A stretch of 64,000 nucleotides of DNA from Octopus sinensis (lineage: Eukaryota). Positions 26,591-40,514 of this stretch are shown one piece after another. The notes under the pieces are model-generated. The model worked only from the letters and a program-made list of their open reading frames with translations, did no database searches and was not told the origin of the DNA. The number at the start of each line of letters is the position of its first letter. Position 1 is the stretch's first letter. Made by a program: the position numbers and the translations under genes. The stretch is taken from contig NC_043003.1 in the NCBI RefSeq assembly GCF_006345805.1, positions 46,748,001 through 46,812,000 on the forward strand. Reading direction: 5' to 3'.

Positions 26591-27056
26591 GCATATATAC
26601 ACATTTAGTTTACACACACATTACATTTCTGCAACGATTTGCTCGCACTCCACATCTATATACTAATGCGCACACAGACGTACATATGAGCCATTAGCTG
26701 AGCCCCGAATGGTTGCTCAACTTTCCAGAGCAAAAGTTCCCAATCAAGGGATACCCACATTCCCTGGGGTACGAGATGGCATTCTAGAGGTCACGAAGTG
26801 TATTCTTTATTTAAATAACTTTTCAAAATAAAACAATTTATTAACTCTTAAAAATAACTTTGTTCTTTTAAGCGCACCAAGGACTTTATTATTCTACAGT
26901 ATTTAAGACAGCGAGCCAGCAGAATCGTTACGCGCCGGACAAAATGCTTAGCTGTATTTATTCCGGCTCTTTTACGTTCTGAGTTCAAATTCCACCGAGC
27001 TCTATTTTGCTCTTCATCATTCCTGTGTCAATAAAATAAGTATAGTTGAGCATTGT

Positions 27057-27502
27057 TGTAGAGGCGCAATGGCCCAGTGGTTAGGGCAGCGGACTCACGG
27101 TCGTAGGATCGCGGTTTCGATTCCCAGACCGGGCATTGCGCGTGTTTATTGAGCGAAAACACCTAAAAGCTCAACGAGGCTCCGGCAGGGGCGGGGTGTA
27201 CCCTGCTGTACTCTTTCACCACAACTTTCTCTCACTCTTTCTTCCTGTTTCTGTTGTACCTGTATTTCAAAGTGGAGTGCTCAGCCACTTGCACGTTAAA
27301 CAAATGAGCTGCGACGTCACTGGTGCCAAGCTGTATCGGCCTTTGCCTTTCCCTTGGATAATATCGGTGGCGTGGAGAGGAGAGGCCAGTATGCATGGGT
27401 GACTGCTTGTCTTCCATAAACAACCTTGCCCAGACTTGTGCCTCGGACGGTAACTTTCTAGGTGCAGTCCCATGGTCATTCATGACCGAAGGGGGTCACA
27501 AC
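27057..27502 (+). mobile_element. Family C SINE, tail type 2, inserted into a family B SINE (26905-27565)
   Basis: tRNA-like head as at 23113; 13-bp TSD AGTTGAGCATTGT (27044-27056, 27503-27515). Confidence 0.9.
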
Positions 27503-28609
27503 AGTTGAGCATTGTGGTCGATCTAATCTACTAATCTCTCCCTCTATAACTGCTGGCTTTGGACCAAGAATTTGAAATAATTGTTCCACTATACGGCATA
27601 TGATTCAATTACAATAAATAAATGAATTAGTTATTATGAATATTTATTCTTTTTTCTGTAGTTAAATGTGATATTCCTCTTGTAGAAGGGGAACGAACAT
27701 TAACCAAGCGTTTTCAATGGCTGTGGAGTATTGAAAATTTTCTTAAATGGAACAGCAGCCAAATCTTCTTCTAATCATATCTTAAATAAGGAAAAGACAC
27801 ATTAAATAATGTAGTCATACACCCCCTCCCTGCACCGCTTAAAAATTTAGTCGACATAGCAACGGCTGGAATACCTTGGATCAAAATATCAAGGATATCC
27901 TCTTTCAAATATATCCTGGGGTTAAACAGCAATTCTAACAAGAATACATAATTTTAAAAGTTGACTCAACAAGAAAATCCTGGAAATCTGCTTGATGGGC
28001 GTTGGTCTGTTGTTGTTGTGGGGGTGGTGGAGGTAGTGTTGGTAATGTTGATTGTTGCTGCTGCTGCTGTTGTTGTTGTTGTTGTTGCTGCTTAGTTGCT
28101 GTTGTTGTTGTTTAGCTGCAGGTGAGTCAAGAACTAGGAAAGGCGTTCTAATCAAAGACATTTTAACAACGATCATCCCGTTTTGTTTCATTTTATTTTA
28201 TCTTATTTTTAGATACTTTATATCTCAGACAATATCCAGTATGTTCCTCTCTCTGTCCAATCGTTCATTTCATTACTACTGCTGAAAATGCTGCCAACTT
28301 AGTTTATTTCAGTTATTCAGCCTTGAGTAAAATCCGCCATCTTATGTATATCCCAATGCCTATGTAGTTAAGAAGGTCGCTTTACAACCACGTAGTTTTG
28401 GGTTCAGTCTCACTGCGTGGCACCTTAGATCCCTTGAGAGTAAATTTGATGTGTACGTATATGTATACATACGTACACATTCCTTGAGAGTGAATTTGAT
28501 GTGTACGTATATGTATATATAAACATATGTGTATGCATCTGTTTGTATGTTTGTGTTGCGTTTTTCCCCCACTACAAATTGATATCACAAGAGGTAGCTA
28601 GAAGCGCTC

Positions 28610-28814
28610 TCTTTACTCTTTTCTCTTTTACTTGTTTCAGTCATTTGACTGCGGCCATGCTGGAGCACCGCCTTTAGTCGAGAAAATCGATCCCAGGAGT
28701 TATTCTTCGTAAGCTTAGTACTTATTCTATCGGTCTCTTTTGCTGAACCGCTAAATTACGGGGACGTAAACACACCAGCATCAGTTGCCAAGCGATGTTG
28801 GGGGGACAAACACA

Positions 28815-28898
<84 letters not shown>

Positions 28899-29085
28899 CA
28901 TATGCATATACATATATGCGACGGGCTTCTTTCTGTTTCCGTTTACCAAATCCATTCACAAGGCTTTGGTCGGCCCGAGGCTATAGCAGAAGACACTTGC
29001 CCAAGGTGCAACGTAGCGGGACTGAACCCGGAACCATGTGGTTGGTAAGCAAGCTACTTACCACACAGCCACTCCTGAGCCTATA
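28610..29085 (-). mobile_element. Family A SINE, full length, young
   Basis: Near-consensus sequence with central (CA)n(TA)n. Confidence 0.9.
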
Positions 29086-29358
29086 GCCACTCCTGCGCTG
29101 CGGAGTTTTCAAAATTTATTTTAAGATCTTAGAAAAGTCATATTAACACTTCATCACCATCTTGAAACAGGCGTTACTCTTAGTTTAGTCATACACATGT
29201 ATGAATTCATAAATCAAGATAGACAATTGCTCTTTATAGTTTCTTATTCCATACTTTAGACTTTTAAACAGCTTGTTTTGTTTTATTTCCTATACGAAAT
29301 GTTCGAGTAACGTTTAACTTTTCACGAGAAGTCCACCAGTTGCTTTTAACCCTCTCTC

Positions 29359-29605
29359 TGGTGTTTCTCAACCATTTTTTGCCTATGGACCCCCTTTAAT
29401 TTCTATTCTACTCTACTGGGCCCTCACCCATTCAATACTTTAAAAAAAATCCTTTTATATTGTTATAATTAAGTATTATTAGGAATTGTGTAAAAAAATT
29501 GAAATATTTTGTGTATTGTAAACCAATTTATTGCACATAGACTTTAACAACAAAATCTTATACGGACCTTTAAGGGTCGTGTGGACCCCCGCCTGAGAAC
29601 CACTG
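29359..29605. mobile_element. hAT-like MITE (same family as 23587)
   Basis: TTTCTCAACCATTTTTTGCCTATGGACCCC ... GGACCCCC..CTGAGAACCACTG. Confidence 0.75.
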
Positions 29606-29610
29606 CTGTA

Positions 29611-31204
<1,594 letters not shown>

Positions 31205-32749
31205 AAAGTGCACCTTTTGTTTTTAAGTTTCTATACGAAATGCATCAGCATTTTATATTTTTCGAGGCAACGTGTAGGATTTTTTCTTCATCTTCAGTGC
31301 ACCACGAAAAAAAAAAATATTGAGAACTACTACAGTAACGTTTATTTTAAGGGAGCTATGGCTGCTTGTCGAATGAGTGTTCGATGTTACTTTGCTGTTG
31401 AGTTATCGTTTATTACATTAAGATTCCATCGAAGCATGTTCGAGCAAATGAGGACGCCTCTATGTAGAAATAGTTTCGAAGTAATCTTCAAATCATTTCT
31501 CAGCGTCTTAGAAAAGACTTATTGAATTATGCGGTGCTGACTTCTCTAAGAATAGAAAAGGCCGTGATAGTCACGGATGAAATTCTTTGACCACATATCG
31601 GCACTGAACCTCAACATAGTTGCTCAGCCCGCTAAAAATAAAGCTCAAATCACAATCCAGCGTCTTAGAAATTATCACGATGTTGATCATTATTTCGTTT
31701 TGTCTTTTTTTTTTATATTGGCTATAGTAGTATTGATGTTGATATTGGTGGTGCTAGTGTTGGTAGTTATTTGAACGAGGGCATACTATTCTTAAGATAA
31801 TGTAGTTGGGTCCCCCGATATGTTGTAAGTGGTTTATGTAAAGTTTCGAGTAGCTCTGGGGATGTACATGAGCGATAGCATTATTGTATTTGCTGGGTCC
31901 GGAAGGAAAAACCATGCAATGATCTTCGCAACCCCACTTCCCGGAACTAGTGAGATAATATCATTGATGTTCTTCCAGAACCATTGCAACATTTACGCGA
32001 AAAAAATATGGTTAATGAAGAGTAATTTTCCAGATGACCAATATTCTGAGAAGAAAGGTTTGTGCTCACTGGTTAATTCGAAGCTAGATGAATAGGACAA
32101 TGAGTGTCGTATGGGAAAGAGACGCGTGTGGGTTGCGAATGTATGAGTGGAGGAAGCTTGATTTCAGCCAGGGTTGAGGAACAGAGGCCATTATAGTAAC
32201 TGTAACTGTGATGTCACATGCGAACGTGGCCCTCTCTATGTTTCTTTCGCTCCCTTTTTTTATTGGGATGTTTGCATGGGTAGAAACATAGGTGCATCGT
32301 GTATATTATATAGATTAATAGAAGCTGTGGTGGGTAGTGACATCTGCAGAATTTCTTTTGAAAAATTACAGTTTCTAAATGTGTTATTATTAGTTTCTGA
32401 CAAAGGCACAAAACCTCAAATTTCAAAGAAGGGAATCTTTGATTAATTTCCCCACCACCACCACCACCACCATCACCATTGATAGATTGTATGGCCGTTG
32501 CAAAGTATATCTCCTAAAACCTAAGAATATTCAATCAATAACAAAAACAATAAAAAAAAAGATTTGTAATGAAATATGTCAGTTCTGTCTAGACCCTAAA
32601 TCTTTACAGAAAAAAACTACAGGGGACATTCAAGGTGTTACAGAAACGTCGTGTAATGAATGTACGATATTTTTGTTTTAAAGAAACGTTGGAGAAATTT
32701 GGGAAAAATTTGGATGTATTTTAAGCAGATTGTTTACTTGCATGTGCAT

Positions 32750-33020
32750 CATGATGATAACGACAACGACGACGACGATGAAGATGATGATGATGATGAT
32801 GATGATGATGGCAACGACGACGACCATGAGGACGATGATGACGATGACGATGATGATTATAATGACGATGATGATGAAAATGATGATGACGATGATGATT
32901 ATGATGACGACGATGACGAAAACGAAGATGATTATGATGATAACGACGAATACTATGGATATAATCTTTATTATCATTATTATTATTATTATTATCATCA
33001 TCATCATCATTATCATCATT

Positions 33021-33097
<77 letters not shown>

Positions 33098-33103
33098 CAT
33101 TAT
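32750..33103. repeat. (GAT/GAC)n followed by (CAT/TAT)n trinucleotide tracts
   Basis: Direct inspection; the GAT and CAT parts are mutually complementary. Confidence 0.95.
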
Positions 33104-33162
33104 TTTTCCTTCTTTCTTCAAATTTTCTTCCCTTTCTCGCCGAGTGTCTTCCGTACACCTAG

Positions 33163-33213
33163 GCCAGAGAAGCTCATTGTATGCATTCCCAGATTACACA
33201 CGCAAATTCACAG
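33163..33213 (+). CDS. Candidate 51-nt internal exon, phase 1-1: (G)QRSSLYAFPDYTRKFT(G)
   Basis: Long polypyrimidine tract ending CCTAG, donor CAG/GTAAAA, open frame that splices in phase to 33722. Confidence 0.5.
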
Positions 33214-33234
33214 GTAAAATATGTATTTAAAAAT

Positions 33235-33600
33235 TTAATGAATAAATAAATTCATGAATGGATGTTGTTTTCACAGCGATAATGCTCTTCTCAGTACATG
33301 AGCCGTTCCAGTTAACACGACTTTTTTGCACTTCCTGTAGGGATGGTAAGCCTGCTATCATTTTCAAATAAGTTTCAGTACCTTTTTTTATCATCCCTAG
33401 AGATCCTACAATCACTGGTACTGTAGTCGCCTTGATATGCCACATTTTTTCAATTTCTATTAGCAAGTATTTATATTTACTAATCTTGTCAAAATCTTTC
33501 GCCGCTATATTGTGATCGCAAGGAATATTCATGTCCATTAATAAACACATCCTTTTCGTCTGATCTTTTATGATAATATCCGATTTATCAGCTTTTATCA
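33235..33600 (-). mobile_element. 5'-truncated R4/Dong-like LINE, restriction-like endonuclease C-terminus
   Basis: KSDIIIKDQTKRMCLLMDMNIP..DKISKYK..KMWHIKATTVPVIVGSLG fits the PD-(D/E)xK REL tail; abuts a (TAA)n tract. Confidence 0.8.
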
Positions 33601-33638
33601 TTATTACTATTACTATTATTATTATTATTATTGTTATT

Positions 33639-33707
<69 letters not shown>

Positions 33708-33721
33708 TATACATTTTTCAG

Positions 33722-33797
33722 GCAATGAAGTTGGGTTCGAAAATGAAGGTTTGGATTTCACCCAGTTGGAGGACTACATTAACAACGACAACAGCAC
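33722..33797 (+). CDS. MYRF: 76-nt exon, phase 1 to 2: GNEVGFENEGLDFTQLEDYINNDNST; resembles the N-terminal acidic motif of myelin regulatory factor
   Basis: Acceptor TTTTTCAG, donor CAC/GTATGT, non-repetitive open frame. Resembles the recalled arthropod MYRF motif GIDNEALDFSQLE.FIN and vertebrate NIDTSILEEYIS. Identity is from memory, not from a search. Confidence 0.55.
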
Positions 33798-34028
33798 GTA
33801 TGTATTCGGGTCTAAAATATCATTTCTATAAAAAAAACTATTATTCGACTATCTTACTATTCCGCTATTTTACTATTCTACTATTCTACTACACTATAAT
33901 TCCATCGTGCTAGTATCTGTTTCATTGCATGGTAAAATATTAATATTCTACAATGCAGTATTTCTAAGGTGTGCTATGAACGCTCTGTATACTCTTATAA
34001 GATCTATTAAAAATTTGAGGCTTCCGAA

Positions 34029-34095
<67 letters not shown>

Positions 34096-34219
34096 CGTGT
34101 GTGAGCGCGTACTTCCAATCCGTTTACCACTTATGTTCTTACAGTAACCCATCCACGTTTACAGCCATACATATATGCATACACATGTGTGTGTATACAT
34201 ACGTACATACATACATACA

Positions 34220-34267
<48 letters not shown>

Positions 34268-34555
34268 CAGTGATACATACATTTAAATATACATATACGC
34301 ATACACTCATGCAATGTCTCTACCTGTTGAATATATGAATATATGCGTGTGTATGCACATATATACACATAGAAGCAAACATATGTGTATATACATATTT
34401 ATATAAAGGCATATGTGTGTGTACATATATATACACGTGTGCATATATGTCTGTATATGTATATATGTGTGTGTGTAGGTATATATACATATATGTGTGT
34501 GTGTGTGTTTATATACGTGTATATATATGTATGTGTTTATAGATATGTGTGTCTG

Positions 34556-34590
<35 letters not shown>

Positions 34591-34794
34591 TTGTTTATAT
34601 ATGTGTGTATATGTTATGTGTGTGTATGTACGTATATATGTGTGTATATGAATATATATGGGTTGGAGTGTCATCCAGTGGATTTGTGCAGCTCTATGAT
34701 GTAAGTATGTGTGTACATGTGTATATATTTATACATGAGTGTATACGTATGCCTATATCGTAACAGTGGTGTGCGAGTGTGTGTGTGTGTGTGT

Positions 34795-34827
<33 letters not shown>

Positions 34828-35027
34828 ACATGTGGCCCTGTCTCTGACATTCCCTTAACATGTTAAACAAAAGACTGAAAAATGTTTGTCCACAAATAGA
34901 GACAACGATTCGGTGATGGCACAGGGATTTAACACGTCACCGCTGTACCATCTCTGCAGTGACTACAGCTGGGGGTTGAGCTTGGCACAGCTACAGAAAT
35001 ACCAATCAAAATACATACATACACACA

Positions 35028-35145
<118 letters not shown>

Positions 35146-35567
35146 TACACATACATATATATATATGTACATACGTGCGTGTGCATATATACATATAAAC
35201 GTACGCATATATATATATATATATATATATGTACATGAAATACGCCGACATACACGCACATACTCAAAAATCTACCTCCTTATCTCTCTCCAACTCCCTA
35301 CCTCTCTTTCTCCCTGTCTCTCTCTCTCCGTGTACACGTGTGTGCATGTGCTTGTGTATGTTAGCTCATGTACTAAGTAGCAGCTATACATATGTATATG
35401 TGTGTGTGCCTATGCTTGTGTGAGTATAGTTATATATATATGTATATATGTATCTGTCTATCTATCTATACGTGTGTGTATACATATGCATATATATTAT
35501 CAATATATATATTTACATATGATATTTATATATGTATGTGTGTGTAAATATATGTATATTTTTGTAC

Positions 35568-35621
<54 letters not shown>

Positions 35622-35623
<2 letters not shown>

Positions 35624-36960
35624 GAACACTTCAAAAACATTGTGAACGATCCTTCCTACAACATATGCAATATTCTCGTTGTTTCCAAGGCCATTAGGAA
35701 TAATAAATAATAAAACTACATCTGGGAAAGACCTAACAGTATGTTTGGCAGTTGCATGCACAACACTAGTAACTAAAAAGCAGGAGATACATGTGGGAAA
35801 TGCTATAAACTCATAGCCTTCTTGAATGGTTTGTATAAATTTTACACATGTTGCTTGAATGCATTCCTCCAGGCACACTACAAAAGCCAAGGTGGTTATA
35901 AAAAAGACGGACAGGTCATTGGCATCTGTATTCATTGCCTGGTAGATAATCTTCCCTTATTTAAACTACCGGATACGAAATCTTGTCCTGACCAAAATCC
36001 ATTCCTATGTTCTGAGAGAATGTCGTACTTACTCCTTAACTGTCTCTTGGTGTCGTGAATATCATGCGAGTACAGCTGAAGTTTCATCAACAAAAAAGGT
36101 GTAGATGACTCCTATCGTACAACCTTTCTACTTCCTTAACAAGGCTGACAAGCGTACCACTACCAGTACAAAATTCATAACTAATAAGCTGTCACCCTAA
36201 AATATTCTGTTGATAGCTTTAGTCTGTCAGTGAATTTTAGAGGTTGTTTCAGTTTTTAGCGATAGCTTCGTAAGCCATATCTTTGTTAGCCTCTTAATGG
36301 TATTGTTTTTAATAGTCGGGACCTTAACAAGACGTAGTGACTTTGTTATTGATGAGTCAGAAACAGGGTCAAATTTCTCCGTATAGTCTAACCCTCCAGT
36401 CAGCAAGTTTCGACAGTTTTATTTCGCTCCTTAGAGGACAGTTTTCTCGATGAGGAACTGCTGGGCGAAGCCTCAGACTCTTTTCTTTCCTGCTCTTTTC
36501 TTATCTGCTCTTTAGGGACCACATTATGAGTTTCATAGCGAACCTGGAAGAATGCATTAAAGCAACATGTGTATAATTTATACATCCCATTCAAGTACGC
36601 TATGCGTCTATAGTTTTGGCCACATGCATTTTCTGCCGCTTTTTAGCTCCAAGTGTTGGGCATGCAACAGCCAAACAATCTCACTCATCAATCTTGACGT
36701 ACATTGTTCTTTTGGACAGGTTAACGAAGACTGTCCTGTAGAATGTAAGCTTTCTATACCAATAGCCGACTACCAGGTTTTTCCAGATGATTTTTCCATT
36801 CTGTAGTTTTGCGACAACCATCAAGAGACTTTCACTGTTGATATTATAAGTTTCGCTTGATCTTTCTAAATTATAAATCCCGTAGTTCACCTGACAACAT
36901 TGCATTATGGTTGTGATGTTTGTTTACATTCCAGATCTCTCCCAAATGACTTTGGATCAT
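35622..36960. other. Unique-looking decayed coding-like block containing a diverged inverted pair (35742-35873 / 36543-36677); probable DNA transposon remnant
   Basis: The two segments align in opposite orientation with one 3-bp indel; peptides LNGLYKFYTCCLNAF and LNGMYKLYTCCFNAF; stops in all frames. Confidence 0.45.
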
Positions 36961-37140
36961 TCTAGGGAGGAACTTTTACTTCCAAATTGCGATACATCTC
37001 TTGTGGATTTAATGCGAACACACAGCTTGGCTTTCTAGTAGTTTTATATATATATATACATATATATGCAGGTTTATATGTATATATGTATATAAGTATG
37101 CACGAATGTATATAGATACATACATACATACATACATACA

Positions 37141-37381
37141 TGTTTGTTCCTTCTCGAGTCACGCCTGGCTCATAAGGGCCGGTTTCTTGGTTTCCTTGGC
37201 GTATAGGTTCCCCACCTGGACAGGACGCCGGTCCGTCGCAGGTGAGCTGCAAGATGCAGGGGGAAAGTGTGAGAGAAAGTTGTGGCGAAAGAGTCAGCAG
37301 AAGTTCACCATTATCTTCTGCCGGAGCCGCGTGGAGCTTAGGTGTTTCGCTCATAAACACACACATCGCCCGGCCTCAGAT
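37141..37381 (-). mobile_element. Family C SINE, tail type 1, 5'-truncated
   Basis: Reverse complement matches about 23185-23414. Confidence 0.9.
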
Positions 37382-37852
37382 ACTCAAGGAGAAAATGTCT
37401 GCAAAATTTGATGACAATAGAGAGACCAGATCGCGAGCTTAGTTTTCGAGTTATAGCAGGACTTCTATAAGTATTTACTTGCACTATGTACACGTGATTG
37501 TGCGGCAAGTGAGTTTGAAAGGAGGAGTATTAGAGAGGCGTTGCTGCGTGCACGATGTAAAATTAGAAAAAGAAAAGGAGTGCTGGGATTGAGGTTCTTT
37601 TGTTGGCAGGGATCGTGTTATTGAATATTTTAGCTGAGGAGTGGTGGGTAAGACGTGTTCCGTGATGCTAATCGTGACCTCCATGGTTAGGTACAATCCC
37701 GTCGACACCACTTCCGGTGCAGCACTCAAACAAGATTCTCCCGATCCAAGAGATAAAGAAAGCTAGTTTTCTTAGATGAACAACTTAGCTAAGAAATCTT
37801 CATGTCAGACATGACTAAAAAGGTTGGCTGTGGTTTATTGGTTTATTGCAAT

Positions 37853-38109
37853 GGCTTTTTTTGCGCCCTTTTAAAGCCTAGCCAGGCTCATGGGCCCGGT
37901 TTCTCGGTTTCAATGGCGTATGTGTTCCCCAGCTGGACGGGACGCCAGTCCATCGCAGCGTTACTCATTTTTGCCAGCTGAGTGGACTGGAGCAACGTGA
38001 AATGAAGTGTTTTGCTCAAGAACACAACGCGTCGCCCTGTCCAGGAATCGAAACCACAATCTTACGATCATGATGCTGACACCCTAACCACTAAGCTACG
38101 CGCCTCGAC
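37853..38109 (-). mobile_element. tRNA-derived SINE with a different body but the V-like segment and tail of type 1
   Basis: Head GAGGCGCGTAGCTTAGTGGTTAGG..GTTTCGATTCC; GCGATGGACTGGCGTCCCGTCCAG; 12-bp TSD GTTTATTGCAAT (37841-37852, 38110-38121). Confidence 0.85.
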
Positions 38110-38495
38110 GTTTATTGCAATACTAACACAAAAACAATTAAAATATTTTAGTTAAAATTTTAGCAGCATTTCGTTCATTTGTACGTTCAGAGTGCAAATT
38201 CCACCGGAATTGATTTTGCCTTTCAACATTTCGGGGTCGATTATAATTAGTAGCAGTTGTGCACTGGGGTCGATGTAATCGACATACCCCCTCCCCTGAA
38301 ATTACTGGACTTGATCCCAAATTTGATATCAATATATTTTTATATGTTAGGCGGTGAGCTGGCAGAATTGGTAGCACGCCTGGCAAAATGCTCAGCGACA
38401 TTTAGTCCGTCTTTATGTTTTGAGTTCAAATTCCGCCGTACCAGTTGAGCACTGGAGTCGATGGTCTTGTATCAAAACTTGAAACTAATATATAT

Positions 38496-38730
38496 ATTTA
38501 CATTATTTACATTATTTACAATTGACGGATATTTGTCTTCATCTTGTTTGTTGTTAACACAACGTTTCGGCTGATATACCCTCCAGCCTTCATCAGGTGT
38601 CTTGGGGAAATTTCGAACCTGGGTTCTCATTCCTAAGGTATCTTTCGATGTTGTTGTTATTATTATTATTATTATTCAGATCACTAACTGGAATCGAACT
38701 CGGAATCTTGGGGTTAGTAGCCCGTGGGCA
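38496..38730 (-). mobile_element. Family H SINE (5'-truncated tRNA head, TAA tract, hammerhead-containing tail)
   Basis: Reverse complement matches 6045-6288; B box GAGTTCGATTCC; (TAAATAATG)n end; flanking TAATATATAT direct repeat. Confidence 0.9.
38556..38601 (-). ncRNA. Minimal type I hammerhead ribozyme, PLE type
   Basis: GACAC-CUGAUGA-A-GGCUG(GAGGGUAUAU)CAGCC-GAAAC-GUU-GUGUU: stem I GACAC/GUGUU, 5-bp stem II, loopless palindromic ACGU stem III, GUU cleavage triplet. Confidence 0.75.
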
Positions 38731-38975
38731 TAATATATATTTGTATACGTTAAGGCGGCGAGCCGGCAGAATCGTTAGCACGCCGGGCAGAATTCTTAGC
38801 GACATTTCGTCTGTCTCTACGTCCTTCTTTACATTCTGACTTCAAATTCCGCCGAGGTAGAGTTTGCCTTTCGGTCCCTTCTGAGTCGATTAAAATAAGT
38901 ACCAGTTGAACACTGGGGTCGATATAATCAACTTAGCCCCTCCCAGAAATTGCTGGCCTTGTGCCAAAATTTGAA

Positions 38976-39011
<36 letters not shown>

Positions 39012-39099
39012 ACGTTAATGTCGAGATTGTAGTGGAGTTAGTGTGGTGATCTTGACGGCTGAATTGGCAGTTGTACTAGAAGTGAATGTAGTGATGGGT

Positions 39100-39164
<65 letters not shown>

Positions 39165-39511
39165 TTCATGAGGATTACTAAGGTGGCAACCGATAAAATA
39201 AAAGCATTGTATAAGGTGTAAGAATCAAAGTTTCGTTTACACAACATAAGAACTTCACTCTCACCATATATCGCACAACATACACGTACACATAAACATT
39301 CACGCACACATACACAGTATTATATTATACAACATGCGCGTACACATATCTATGTACATGTGCACACGAGCACAAAGGCATTCACATGAATATACACAGA
39401 CATCCACATATACATACGTACATATATATATATATATATATATTATAATATATATATATATATATATATCTAATATATTATATATAATATATATATATAT
39501 AATAACATATA

Positions 39512-39556
<45 letters not shown>

Positions 39557-40458
39557 ATATATATATATCTACACATGTGTATATTTAAAGGGCAGAATTA
39601 CTAGGTGGTCAGCCGTATGCTAGAAGTAGATCACCTACGATCAACTACTAGGCTAGGCTACTGACTTTAAATTGATATTAATTAAATTAATATTAATTTA
39701 TCCCCCTCATTATTTAAATGTTATTATATATATATATATATAGTATATATTATATATTATACATACACATACATACACAGACACATAGCGTCTCACACAC
39801 ACACGGACACGCAACTACACACATGCACAAACACATAGGTACACAATACGTGCACACGTGAACAAAACACATATATACACAGACATCGACATATATATAT
39901 ATACCCACATATATACATACACAATCACATAGAATTATACTCACAGAGACACACGGCTACACACATATACACAGCTACACACGTGCACAAACATATAGAT
40001 ACATAACAAGGTAAACATACCTTAGAGGGTAAACTAAATAGTAAAATGATATTTAAAACAGTGAACATGTATTGACATTGTGTATTAATAATGTAGGGGT
40101 CGAAATAGCAGAATCAATATTATAGGGGTTTACTAAACATAACACACATACCACCTACCACACAGGAGAGGGCTTCCCGTGTATACAAATATGGCAGCTG
40201 TTCTGTGTTTTGTGTCTGACGGTCTATGTCAACTATCATATATACACGTATACACACATACACTCAGGAAAGCGCATACTCTTACGCATACATATGAGCA
40301 TTCGTGTGTATGTATAAACATACACAAACTCTCACGCATACATGCACGTAAATGCAGATACACACGTACCCATAAATACACACAAACGCATACATACGTA
40401 CACACATGCACATGCACGCACGCACACTCACACACATACACAAACACCCATATATACT

Positions 40459-40510
<52 letters not shown>

Positions 40511-40514
<4 letters not shown>

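Larger units (their letters stand above)
38140..38985 (+). mobile_element. Cluster of family B SINEs interrupted by the family H insertion
   Basis: B motifs at about 38160-38330, 38348-38485 and 38752-38975. Confidence 0.8.

Noticed and set aside
32660-33230. Asp/His/Tyr-rich 185-aa protein and overlapping poly-M/poly-I ORFs
   Set aside because: Open in several frames and on both strands because of trinucleotide repeats; no independent coding evidence.
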